Origin: an uncultured Chitinophaga sp.
GTDB taxonomy: Bacteria > Bacteroidota > Bacteroidia > M30B66
Reading direction: 5' to 3'
Length of the DNA: 35,646 bases
Assembly (NCBI GenBank): GCA_964627105.1
Contig: CAZVHF010000001.1
Coordinates: 1-35,646, forward strand
Both the position numbers and the translations under genes were made by a program. The first letter of the stretch is position 1. Each line of letters opens with the position of its first letter. Below, piece after piece: positions 1-8,483 of this stretch. The notes under the pieces are model-generated. The model ran no database searches, was not told the origin of the DNA, and saw only the letters and a program-made list of their open reading frames with translations.

Positions 1-930
1 CTTAGCATTGGTGGCGACAATGTCTCGTTCCGCGATGAAGACCCGGCTATGGCCTACCTTAATCCGGCTTTACTGAATCCATCAATGCATAAATCACTGC
101 TAATGAGCTTTAGTGATTATTTTGCCGGAATAAATTACGGCTATGCATCATATGCCATGAATGCCGGCTCATTTGCGACGCTGCATGCCGGAGTGCAATA
201 CGTAAACTATGGAACCTTTGAACAGGCAGACAATACGGGCGAAATTACCGGCGAATTTACTGCAGGAGAATATTGCTTTACTGCAGGAGCTGGTAAAGCG
301 ATTGATTCATTGTTTTCTGTCGGGGTTAATCTTAAGGCTATTTCATCGCGTCTCGAGCAATATTCTTCGTTCGGGATGGCCATCGACGCAGGATTCTCTT
401 ATTTGAGCAAATCGAAACTCTTCGAAGCAGGTCTTGTCTTGCGCAATCTGGGTTATCAGTTTAGTACCTACACAGCCGGCAACCGCGAAAAACTTCCATT
501 TGAAATTACTGCAGGGATTTCAGGCAAGCTTAAACACGTGCCGCTTAGATTATCGCTTACAGCACACAATCTTCAACAGCCCGACTTAAGTTTTCAGGAC
601 CCTTCCATACCCGAAGAAACTATTGATCCCCTCTCGGGAGATACAATCATTAATAAAACTTCAATCCCCAATAAAATTATGCGCCATGCTATTGTGGCTG
701 CCGAACTCAATATTGTCAAAGGATTCTCTGTTCGTATTGGCTACAATTACCAACGCAGACAAGAAATGAAAGTAGCAACCCGCATTGGTACGGTAGGAAT
801 TTCGTGGGGGGTATCGGCAAGAATTTATAAATTTTCGCTTTCATATGGACGTTCTGCATATCATCTGGCAGGATCTCCAAATCAAATAACAGTTTCGGCC
901 CGCTTGTCTGAGTTTTATACCCGAAAATAA
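1..930 (+). CDS. porQ: T9SS-associated outer-membrane beta-barrel protein, PorQ-like (5' end cut by window edge)
   Basis: The frame of ORF 49..930 stays open back to nt 1 (LSIGGDNVSFRDEDPAMAYLNPALLN...), so the N-terminus lies outside the window. Composition is Gly/Ser/Tyr/Ala-rich with alternating beta-strand character. I recall the porQ-cmk-ispH neighbourhood from Porphyromonas and Flavobacteria. The stop overlaps the cmk ATG by 1 nt. Confidence 0.6.
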   Translation, partial: LSIGGDNVSFRDEDPAMAYLNPALLNPSMHKSLLMSFSDYFAGINYGYASYAMNAGSFATLHAGVQYVNYGTFEQADNTGEITGEFTAGEYCFTAGAGKAIDSLFSVGVNLKAISSRLEQYSSFGMAIDAGFSYLSKSKLFEAGLVLRNLGYQFSTYTAGNREKLPFEITAGISGKLKHVPLRLSLTAHNLQQPDLSFQDPSIPEETIDPLSGDTIINKTSIPNKIMRHAIVAAELNIVKGFSVRIGYNYQRRQEMKVATRIGTVGISWGVSARIYKFSLSYGRSAYHLAGSPNQITVSARLSEFYTRK

Positions 931-1646
931 TGGGAGATCGTAAAATTACTATTGCAATCGATGGCTATTCATCCTGCGGTAAATCTACCATTGCACGGGC
1001 CATAGCCTCTCGGCTTTCTTATAATTATGTAGATACCGGCGCGATGTACCGCTCAGTAACCTTGTATGCACTACGAAACGGGTTAATTAATGGCAAAAAT
1101 CTTGATGCCGATGGACTAATTGACCAGCTCGATTCGATTCACATCGAGTTTACTTTTAACCCCGAATCGCGCATTTCGGAGGTATTGTTGAACGGCGAAA
1201 ACGTCGAGCAACTTATTCGGCAAATGGATGTAAACGACTGGGTAAGTCAGGTAAGTGCTGTTGCTGAAGTACGCAAAAAAATGGTCAAACTGCAGCAAAA
1301 AATGGGACAAGGAAAAGGCATTGCAATGGATGGTCGTGATATTGGCACCGATGTTTTTCCGGATGCAGAACTAAAAATATTTATGACCGCCGATCCCGAT
1401 GTGCGTGCTAAACGCCGATTCGATGAACTGGAATCAAAAAAAATTCCGGTAAGCCTCGCCGATGTAAAGGCGAATCTGCTGGCACGCGATTACGAGGACA
1501 TGACGAGAAAGGAGAGCCCTTTGCGTAAAGCTCCGGATGCCATTACCTTAGATAATACCAACCTGAGCCGTGAACAGCAGCTCGACTTTGTTTATGAGCT
1601 TGCAATAGGCTTAATTCAGAAAAAGAAAAATCCGGTTGCCGGATAA
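930..1646 (+). CDS. cmk: (d)CMP kinase (cytidylate kinase)
   Basis: 238 aa. P-loop IAIDGYSSCGKSTIARAIA, then YVDTGAMYR and MDGRDIGT motifs typical of Cmk. Confidence 0.93.
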   Translation: MGDRKITIAIDGYSSCGKSTIARAIASRLSYNYVDTGAMYRSVTLYALRNGLINGKNLDADGLIDQLDSIHIEFTFNPESRISEVLLNGENVEQLIRQMDVNDWVSQVSAVAEVRKKMVKLQQKMGQGKGIAMDGRDIGTDVFPDAELKIFMTADPDVRAKRRFDELESKKIPVSLADVKANLLARDYEDMTRKESPLRKAPDAITLDNTNLSREQQLDFVYELAIGLIQKKKNPVAG

Positions 1647-1670
1647 AAATCATTGACGTTAAAATTTCTT

Positions 1671-1678
1671 TACTTTTG
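1671..1678 (+). promoter_or_regulatory. Bacteroidota -7 promoter box TAnnTTTG (TACTTTTG) upstream of ispH
   Basis: Exact match to the TAnnTTTG consensus. It ends 5 nt before the ispH ATG at 1684. Confidence 0.55.
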
Positions 1679-1683
1679 CCCTT

Positions 1684-2571
1684 ATGGAAGTGACAATTGA
1701 TGTCAACTCCGGGTTCTGTTTTGGCGTTGTATTCGCCATTCAAATGGCAGAAGACGAGTTGAAGCAGTCGGGGAGCCTTTATTGCCTGGGCGATATCGTC
1801 CACAACAACATGGAAGTTGAACGTCTTCAGGCCAAGGGTTTGAAAATTATCGATCACGAACAATTCGCCAAGTTATCGAACACAAAAGTGCTCATTAGAG
1901 CGCATGGCGAGCCACCAGAAACATATCGAATTGCGATTGAGAACAATATTGAACTGATCGATGCCTCCTGCCCGGTTGTATTGAAATTGCAAAATCGTAT
2001 TCGAAATGGTTACGAGCATTTGGGCGCAGGACAAATCGTAGTTTATGGAAAAGAAGGCCATGCCGAAGTAAATGGGCTAGTAGGTCAAACCAATGGAAAA
2101 GCAATTATCGTTGAGTCTATCGAAGATTTAGACAAGCTCGATTACACTAAACCCATTCAGTTTTTCTCTCAAACTACGCAGCCTACCGAAGGCTTTAGGC
2201 AGATGCGAGCTGAAATTGAACGGCGCGTTAGTGAAGCGGGCGTCGACAATTCAATGCAGCTTGAATCGAATGATACGCTGTGCCGGCAGGTTTCGAATCG
2301 TGAACCTCAATTGCGGGAATTCGCTGCAGCACATGATGTGATTTTATTTGTAGCTGGAAAGAAAAGTTCGAACGGCTGGGTGTTGTATAACGTATGTAAA
2401 GAAGTTAATGAGGAGGCCTATTTTGTATCGTCTTGGGACGAAGTTAATCGTGATTGGTTCGATGCCGAATCACGCATTGGTATTTGCGGAGCCACTTCAA
2501 CTCCGATGTGGCTCATGGAAGAAATTGCCGGCAAATTAAAAGCAACTGATTTTCAGTCGGCAACAAATTAA
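1684..2571 (+). CDS. ispH: 4-hydroxy-3-methylbut-2-enyl diphosphate reductase (IspH/LytB)
   Basis: 295 aa. N-terminus MEVTIDVNSGFCFGV. Three Fe-S ligand Cys contexts (GFCFGV, DASCPVV, DTLCRQV) at the expected spacing. Confidence 0.93.
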   Translation: MEVTIDVNSGFCFGVVFAIQMAEDELKQSGSLYCLGDIVHNNMEVERLQAKGLKIIDHEQFAKLSNTKVLIRAHGEPPETYRIAIENNIELIDASCPVVLKLQNRIRNGYEHLGAGQIVVYGKEGHAEVNGLVGQTNGKAIIVESIEDLDKLDYTKPIQFFSQTTQPTEGFRQMRAEIERRVSEAGVDNSMQLESNDTLCRQVSNREPQLREFAAAHDVILFVAGKKSSNGWVLYNVCKEVNEEAYFVSSWDEVNRDWFDAESRIGICGATSTPMWLMEEIAGKLKATDFQSATN

Positions 2572-2601
2572 GCGATTTGTATTTTAGGAAGAAATAATTC
2601 C

Positions 2602-2609
2602 TACCTTTG
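2602..2609 (+). promoter_or_regulatory. Bacteroidota -7 promoter box (TACCTTTG) upstream of rpsA
   Basis: Exact TAnnTTTG, 64 nt upstream of the ATG at 2673. The TTG start used by the ORF track (2607) lies inside this box, which argues for the 2673 start. Confidence 0.55.
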
Positions 2610-2672
2610 CAGCCCTTTGAAAATCAAAGGATACCCAAGGGTATTTTGTCTAACTCATTAATTATTGACGTA

Positions 2673-4571
2673 ATGTCAGAACTAAATCAGGATGCACCTG
2701 AAACCACAGCAGCAGAAACCGTTGTGGAAAAGAAGGAATCCAAACCAACCAAAACCGCTACTGCTGCTTCAGTGAACGACTTCGACTGGGATGCCGTAGG
2801 AAAAAAATCATCAACGTATTCGACTGCCGAACGTGAGCGCATGGAAACGTTGTACGAAAAATCGCTCAGTTCAATTACCGAGCACGAAGTTGTAATGGGC
2901 ACAATTGTGTCGATGACTTCTAAAGACGCTGTTGTAAACATCGGATACAAATCGGATGGTATCGTTGCGCTTTCTGAACTTCGCTACAATGCCGATATTA
3001 AAGTTGGCGACACCATTGAGGTGTACATCGAAAGCAAAGAAGACCGTGGTGGTCAGTTGCTACTTTCGCACAAAAAAGCACGTTCACTGAAATCATGGGA
3101 TCGTGTAAACGAAGCACTTGAAAGCGATGAGATCATCAAAGGATTCGTAAAATGCCGCACAAAAGGCGGACTTATTGTGGATGTATTTGGAATTGAAGCA
3201 TTCCTCCCAGGCTCCCAAATCGATGTGAAGCCAATCCGTGATTATGATGTATATGTAGGAAAATCGATGGAATTCAAGGTTGTGAAAATCAACAAGGAAT
3301 TCAGAAATGTTGTTGTTTCGCACAAGGCACTTATCGAAGAAGAGCTTGAAGCTCAAAAAACCGAAATCATTTCGAAACTCGAAAAAGGTCAGGTACTCGA
3401 AGGTACCGTTAAGAACATTACTTCATATGGTGTGTTCATCGACCTTGGCGGCGTAGACGGTTTGATTCACATCACCGACCTCAGCTGGGGTCGCATCAAC
3501 CATCCGGAAGAAATCGTTAAACTCGATGATAAAATTCAGGTGGTTATCCTCGATTTCGACGAAGGTAAAAAACGTATTGCACTTGGTCTGAAACAGCTTA
3601 CTCCGCATCCATGGGAGAAGGTAGATTCGAACCTCAATGTAGGCGATAAAGTAAAAGGGAAAGTTGTAGTAATTGCAGATTATGGTGCGTTTATCGAAAT
3701 TGAACCGGGCTTCGAAGGCCTGGTACATGTTTCGGAAATGTCATGGTCACAACACCTGCGTTCTGCTCAAGATTTCCTCAAAGTGGGAGAAGATGTTGAG
3801 TGTGTAGTACTAAGTATCGACCGCGAAGAGCGCAAAATGTCTCTTGGTATTAAGCAGTTAATGACTGATCCGTGGGAAGGCATCGAGACAAAATATCCTG
3901 TTGATTCTAAGCACACGGCAAAAGTGCGCAATTTCACCAACTTCGGTGTGTTCGTAGAACTTGAAGAAGGCGTTGATGGATTAATTCACATCTCTGATCT
4001 TAGCTGGAACAAGAAAATTAAGCATCCAAGCGAATTTACCAAAGTAGGCGATTCGATTGAAGTTGTAGTTCTTGATACCGACAAAGAAAACCGTCGTTTA
4101 AGCCTTGGGCACAAGCAACTTGAAGAAAATCCATGGGATACATTTGAGACGGTATTCGGCGAAGGTTCAATTCACCAGGGAACCATCATCAGCTTAAACG
4201 ATAAAGGAGCTGTAGTTACCTTGCCTTATGGAATTGAAGGGTTTGCACCAACCAAGCATCTAGCAAAAGCCGATGGCTCAGCTGCTAAAGTTGAAGATAT
4301 TCTCGATTTCAAGGTAATTGAGTTTTCAAAAGAAAACAAGAAAATCATCGTTTCGCATGCCCGTACACACGAAGCCGAAAAACCATCGGATAAGTCTTCG
4401 GGTAAGGAAAAAGGAGAAGATGACACAAAGAAAGCCGTGAAGAAAATCAAGGATAACCTTGAGAAGTCTACCCTTGGCGATTTGAGTGTGCTCTCTGATT
4501 TGAAAAACGAAATGGAGCAGAATGAAAAGAAAAAAGCTGCTCCAAAAAAGAAAGCAGATGAAGGTGAATAA
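2673..4571 (+). CDS. rpsA: 30S ribosomal protein S1
   Basis: Six tandem S1/OB-fold repeats with recurring G.V......G.FV....G..GL.H.S patterns. The C-terminal tail is Lys/Glu-rich. Start moved to the first ATG (MSELNQ...) downstream of the promoter box. Confidence 0.92.
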   Translation: MSELNQDAPETTAAETVVEKKESKPTKTATAASVNDFDWDAVGKKSSTYSTAERERMETLYEKSLSSITEHEVVMGTIVSMTSKDAVVNIGYKSDGIVALSELRYNADIKVGDTIEVYIESKEDRGGQLLLSHKKARSLKSWDRVNEALESDEIIKGFVKCRTKGGLIVDVFGIEAFLPGSQIDVKPIRDYDVYVGKSMEFKVVKINKEFRNVVVSHKALIEEELEAQKTEIISKLEKGQVLEGTVKNITSYGVFIDLGGVDGLIHITDLSWGRINHPEEIVKLDDKIQVVILDFDEGKKRIALGLKQLTPHPWEKVDSNLNVGDKVKGKVVVIADYGAFIEIEPGFEGLVHVSEMSWSQHLRSAQDFLKVGEDVECVVLSIDREERKMSLGIKQLMTDPWEGIETKYPVDSKHTAKVRNFTNFGVFVELEEGVDGLIHISDLSWNKKIKHPSEFTKVGDSIEVVVLDTDKENRRLSLGHKQLEENPWDTFETVFGEGSIHQGTIISLNDKGAVVTLPYGIEGFAPTKHLAKADGSAAKVEDILDFKVIEFSKENKKIIVSHARTHEAEKPSDKSSGKEKGEDDTKKAVKKIKDNLEKSTLGDLSVLSDLKNEMEQNEKKKAAPKKKADEGE

Positions 4572-4594
4572 GCCTAATCGTTAATCTTAATTTG

Positions 4595-4631
4595 AAAGGC
4601 GCTGATGGATTTTCCTGAAGCGCCTTTTTTT
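4595..4631 (+). terminator. Rho-independent terminator after rpsA
   Basis: Stem AAAGGCGC (4595-4602) pairs with GCGCCTTT (4620-4627), followed by a T-run to 4631. It lies 24 nt after the rpsA stop. Confidence 0.75.
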
Positions 4632-4649
4632 ATGCCCGAAATCAATCTG

Positions 4650-4657
4650 TATATTTG
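4650..4657 (+). promoter_or_regulatory. Bacteroidota -7 promoter box (TATATTTG) upstream of pyrR
   Basis: Exact TAnnTTTG ending 7 nt before the pyrR ATG at 4665, immediately after the rpsA terminator. Confidence 0.5.
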
Positions 4658-4664
4658 TCTCGAA

Positions 4665-5210
4665 ATGCACGCAACCCGACTCATTCTCGACAAGGACCGC
4701 TTCAATCTCGTGTTGTTGCGCCTTTGTTATGAACTCATTGAGAACCATGATGGGTTTGAACACACTGTGCTTGTAGGTCTGCAACCTCGTGGTGTATTGC
4801 TGGCACGCCGTATCCGCAAAGAATTGGAGCGCTTAATAAACAAGCCGCTTACTTATGGAGAGTTAGACATTACATTTTACCGCGACGACTTTAAAACCAA
4901 ACCATTAATTCCGAATGCCACCCAGATGGACTTTATAACCGAGGGTAAAAAAGTGGTTATGGTTGATGATGTTTTGTTTACCGGAAGAAGCATTCGCGCC
5001 GGGCTCGATGCCCTTCAGCAATTTGGCAGGCCCGAAAAAGTAGAATTGCTTGTGCTTGTAGACCGACGTTGGAGCCGTGAAATACCAATTTCTCCCGACT
5101 ATGTGGGAATAACTGTCGATGCCGTTTTTGACGAGCGCGTTTCGCTGGTCTGGAATTCGGACGAAGGGCCTGCCGAGGTTAACTTATTATCCAAATCTGC
5201 CGATGAGTAA
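4665..5210 (+). CDS. pyrR: Bifunctional pyr operon regulator / uracil phosphoribosyltransferase PyrR
   Basis: 181 aa from [20 protein letters not shown] motif and PRPP-binding loop [16 protein letters not shown]. The longer ORF-track start (4605) would run through the rpsA terminator. Confidence 0.9.
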   Translation: MHATRLILDKDRFNLVLLRLCYELIENHDGFEHTVLVGLQPRGVLLARRIRKELERLINKPLTYGELDITFYRDDFKTKPLIPNATQMDFITEGKKVVMVDDVLFTGRSIRAGLDALQQFGRPEKVELLVLVDRRWSREIPISPDYVGITVDAVFDERVSLVWNSDEGPAEVNLLSKSADE

Positions 5211-6135
5211 CATGCTACGCGTAAAACATCTGCTGGGAATTAAGGATTTGCATCGCGAAGACATCGCACTCATCTTGCAAACCGCAGAAACATTTCTCGA
5301 TGTTATCAACCGTCCGATTAAAAAAGTACCGTCGCTTCGTGATACTACTATTGTAAACTTGTTTTTTGAGAATTCAACCCGAACACGTTTATCGTTTGAA
5401 CTAGCCGAAAAGCGCCTTTCGGCCGATGTGCTAAACTTTACAGCATCATCTTCATCGGTTTCGAAGGGCGAGACACTTGTAGATACTGTTAATAATATAT
5501 TGTCGATGAAAGTCGATATGGTAGTTATGCGCCATCCACAGGCTGGAGCAGCGAAATTTTTATCGGAACGTGTCGATTCGGTTATTGTAAATGCTGGTGA
5601 TGGCGCGCACGAACATCCAACACAGGCTCTACTGGATGCATTCACTATAAAGCAGAAACTAGGCAACGTAGAAGGTAAAAGGGTTATGATTGTAGGCGAT
5701 ATTCTACATTCACGTGTTGCACTATCGAACATCTTCTGCTTGCAAAAACTAGGTGCAGAGGTAGGCGTTTGCGGTCCGCCAACTTTAATTCCACGCTACA
5801 TAAAAGAGCTTGGTGTTTACGTCGAAACAGATTTGCAGAAAGCTCTTCATTGGTGCGATGTTGCCAATATGTTGCGCATTCAGCTCGAGCGGCAGGATAT
5901 TCAGTATTTTCCTTCAAATCGAGAGTACACGCGACATTATCAACTAAATTCCAATCGATTGTATGCACTCAACAAAGAAATCGTCGTAATGCATCCCGGC
6001 CCCATCAATCGCGGCATAGAGATAACAAGTGATGTGGCCGATGGACCATTTTCGGTTATACTAAACCAAGTCGAAAGTGGTGTGGCAGTGCGTATGGCCG
6101 TATTGTATTTACTTGCAGGAAGATCGGCCGATTAA
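5203..6135 (+). CDS. pyrB: Aspartate carbamoyltransferase catalytic subunit
   Basis: 310 aa from [11 protein letters not shown]. ATCase motifs [15 protein letters not shown] and HPGPINRG. The ATG overlaps the pyrR stop (ATGAGTAA, 8-nt overlap). Confidence 0.93.
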   Translation: MSNMLRVKHLLGIKDLHREDIALILQTAETFLDVINRPIKKVPSLRDTTIVNLFFENSTRTRLSFELAEKRLSADVLNFTASSSSVSKGETLVDTVNNILSMKVDMVVMRHPQAGAAKFLSERVDSVIVNAGDGAHEHPTQALLDAFTIKQKLGNVEGKRVMIVGDILHSRVALSNIFCLQKLGAEVGVCGPPTLIPRYIKELGVYVETDLQKALHWCDVANMLRIQLERQDIQYFPSNREYTRHYQLNSNRLYALNKEIVVMHPGPINRGIEITSDVADGPFSVILNQVESGVAVRMAVLYLLAGRSAD

Positions 6136-6174
6136 TTCTTAAGAAATTTATTTGCTGCGTTTGCATAAATGTTG

Positions 6175-6182
6175 TAGGTTTG
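6175..6182 (+). promoter_or_regulatory. Bacteroidota -7 promoter box (TAGGTTTG) upstream of the STAS gene
   Basis: Exact TAnnTTTG, 16 nt before the ATG at 6199. A TTTG at 6151-6154 sits about 20 nt upstream, as a possible -33 element. Confidence 0.55.
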
Positions 6183-6198
6183 AACAAAGATTACAACC

Positions 6199-6573
6199 AT
6201 GAGTTTTTCGAAAGAAAAAACAGAACATTACACCATTGTGCGTCTTCATGCCGAGCGTTTAGACAGCATGAATGCACCAGAACTTAAAGCCGAGTTTACG
6301 CTGCTCGGAAGTGATGGCGTTGCTAACATAATTCTCGATCTTGAAAAAGTTCAATATTGCGACTCATCAGGCCTTTCGTCCATTTTGGTCGGGAATCGAC
6401 TGTGTAAGAATGCGAATGGTTTGTTGGTTTTGACTGGAACTCAACCTACAGTCAAAAAGCTTATCACCATTTCGCAACTCGATAGTGTACTCAATATGGT
6501 TCCTACCGTGTCCGAAGCCATCGATTATTTGTTTATGGCTTCAATCGAAAACGATTTAAACGAAACCGAATAA
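6199..6573 (+). CDS. STAS-domain protein (anti-sigma-factor antagonist family)
   Basis: 124 aa. Size and the SpoIIAA-like phospho-serine motif YCDSSGLSSIL fit the family. Confidence 0.8.
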   Translation: MSFSKEKTEHYTIVRLHAERLDSMNAPELKAEFTLLGSDGVANIILDLEKVQYCDSSGLSSILVGNRLCKNANGLLVLTGTQPTVKKLITISQLDSVLNMVPTVSEAIDYLFMASIENDLNETE

Positions 6574-6591
6574 CTCACAAACCCTACAACC

Positions 6592-7485
6592 ATGATTAAA
6601 AAACTACTTTCAATTGCTTTTTTCGCCCTAACGGCACAAATTGGCTTTGCCCAATGTACACCGAATACTGCTTATGCAGATAGTGCATTTGGAGTTTGGC
6701 CTGATACAACCGAGAATTTACCATGCGCATTTGGTGATGCTGCTGCTGGGTACAACGCAGTAATTGACATTAAAACACTAACAGATACGGCTGTTTCTGT
6801 AAATGTAAGTGGTATTAACTTGGATGTAATTGCATACATCGAAGCATTCCGAATCAATTCCGTTGATGGCTTACCTTCAGGATTCACTTACATTCCGAAT
6901 CAATCCGTTTGGACAAATGGTGGTGCATCTCCCAACTTTACCCCGGTTCAAGGTTGCGTGAGCATTATCGCAAACCAGGCTTCTATTCAGTCAATTTTAT
7001 CATCAAATCCTAATGGTGTTGATATACCTTTCACCGTTGTAGTTGATGCAAAAGTAGCTAACACAAACAACACATTGGCCAATCTACTGATTAACAATGC
7101 ATGGCTTTCTGAGTTATCATCTGTTCCTGGCATTACTGCTATTTCTGTTCCGGGTTACAAAATCCGCGTTCGCAATAACGCAGCCGATGGATGTTTGCCT
7201 CTGGCCGTTGCAGAAATTATTGAACCGGTATCAGCCAAAGGCAATTTTCCTAATCCATTCAACAAAACCACTAACATCCAGTTCAATAGCGATGCAGCCA
7301 AAACCATGAATCTTTCGGTTTCAAATATGATTGGCAAAGTAGTGTATTCTTCAAAAATTCAGGTTAATAAAGGAGAGAACATCGTAAACTTTAGCGCCGA
7401 CCAATTAACTCCGGGTGTTTATTTCTACACCATTGGCGATGGTAAAAACTCGGTAACCCGCCGAATGGTGATTGCTTCAAACTAA
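6592..7485 (+). CDS. Secreted protein of unknown function with T9SS type-A C-terminal sorting domain
   Basis: Signal peptide MIKKLLSIAFFALTAQIGFAQ. The last ~80 aa (nt 7240-7482) carry type-A CTD motifs (FPNPFNKTTNIQF, LSVSNMIGKVVY, PGVYFYTI, VTRRMVI). Confidence 0.8.
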   Translation: MIKKLLSIAFFALTAQIGFAQCTPNTAYADSAFGVWPDTTENLPCAFGDAAAGYNAVIDIKTLTDTAVSVNVSGINLDVIAYIEAFRINSVDGLPSGFTYIPNQSVWTNGGASPNFTPVQGCVSIIANQASIQSILSSNPNGVDIPFTVVVDAKVANTNNTLANLLINNAWLSELSSVPGITAISVPGYKIRVRNNAADGCLPLAVAEIIEPVSAKGNFPNPFNKTTNIQFNSDAAKTMNLSVSNMIGKVVYSSKIQVNKGENIVNFSADQLTPGVYFYTIGDGKNSVTRRMVIASN

Positions 7486-7513
7486 GAACTTTTGTTTTTG
7501 TTTCCATATCTTT

Positions 7514-7540
7514 AGCCCGTCCCAGCGACGGGCTTTTTTA
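7514..7540 (+). terminator. Rho-independent terminator after the T9SS cargo gene
   Basis: Stem AGCCCGTC (7514-7521) pairs with GACGGGCT (7527-7534) around a 5-nt loop, followed by TTTTT. Confidence 0.8.
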
Positions 7541-7550
7541 TTTCTCTTCC

Positions 7551-8483
7551 TTGCTTCGTCCCGAACTATTTATTTTAGGCTGTGGCTCTGCCACACCAAC
7601 TACCTATCGCAATCCAAGTGCGCAATTGTTGCGTTTCGAATCAGCCGATGTGCTTATCGACTGTGGCGAAGGAACACAAATGCAACTGTTAATGCACAAG
7701 CTCAAATCATCGCGCATTCATTCCATTTTTATTTCTCATCTCCATGGCGATCATTACCTAGGCTTGCAAGGCTTGCTTTCTTCGATGCATTTGCTTGGCC
7801 GAAAACAGCCACTCCATCTTTACGGACCTGAGGAGCTATTCAAATTGATTGATCTGCAATTTGAACTTTCTGAAACCGATTTACGGTATTCATTAATTTA
7901 TCATGCCCTCGATTGCGATTCAAAACAGCATATTGCCGACCTCGAAGGATTTGATGTTTACACATTTCCATTGAACCATCGTATTCCATGTTTCGGTTTT
8001 CAATTTGTCGAAAAGCCTAAAAGCGGTAGCCTACGCATGGATATGGTTGCACAATATCGTATTCCGGTATCGGAATTTAAACGCATAAAAGCAGGTGGAG
8101 ATTTTGTCACCACCAACCACTCGACTATTCCAAACTCGCTTCTATTAAAGCCAGCACCTGCACCTGTAAGTTACGCATATTGCTCCGATACGGCATATGA
8201 TGAAGGCGTAATCGAAGCTGTGCGCGGAACAACATGGCTGTATCATGAAGCTACCTTTTTACATGACCTAAAGGAGCGTGCTGTTGAGACTTTTCACAGC
8301 ACGGCACTCGAAGCAGCGAAAGTGGCCCAAATTGCAAATGTTGAGCGCTTAATCATTGGCCATTTTTCTTCGCGCTACCGCGAAACCGAGCTGCTTGAAA
8401 TGGAGGCAAAATCGGTTTTCCCAAACACACAAGCAGCATTCGATGGATTGAAAATCATTCTTGATGTAGACGCTGCAAAATGA
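7551..8483 (+). CDS. rnz: Ribonuclease Z (tRNA 3' endonuclease)
   Basis: 310 aa. N-terminus LFILGCGSATP, metallo-beta-lactamase motif ISHLHGDHYLG, C-terminal IGHFSSRY. The start is TTG; there is no in-frame ATG near the conserved N-terminus. Confidence 0.88.
   Translation: MLRPELFILGCGSATPTTYRNPSAQLLRFESADVLIDCGEGTQMQLLMHKLKSSRIHSIFISHLHGDHYLGLQGLLSSMHLLGRKQPLHLYGPEELFKLIDLQFELSETDLRYSLIYHALDCDSKQHIADLEGFDVYTFPLNHRIPCFGFQFVEKPKSGSLRMDMVAQYRIPVSEFKRIKAGGDFVTTNHSTIPNSLLLKPAPAPVSYAYCSDTAYDEGVIEAVRGTTWLYHEATFLHDLKERAVETFHSTALEAAKVAQIANVERLIIGHFSSRYRETELLEMEAKSVFPNTQAAFDGLKIILDVDAAK

Noticed and set aside
2607-2672. The TTG start for rpsA proposed by the ORF track.
   Set aside because: The TTG lies inside the TACCTTTG -7 box, and the extension covers the two leader hairpins. 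The first ATG at 2673 fits better.
6136-6150. The palindrome TTCTTAAGAA right after the pyrB stop, as a candidate terminator.
   Set aside because: It is a 10-bp perfect palindrome with no loop, it is AT-rich, and no T-tract follows. It is not convincing as an intrinsic terminator.
6199-6573. The STAS protein as part of a partner-switching module in this window.
   Set aside because: No anti-sigma kinase (HATPase_c), PP2C phosphatase or sigma factor gene is present in the window. Only the single STAS gene can be called.
7472-7831. A 119-aa plus-strand ORF spanning the terminator and the 5' part of rnz.
   Set aside because: It is out of frame with rnz, runs through the terminator hairpin, and has a Cys/Arg/Phe-rich nonsense-like composition.
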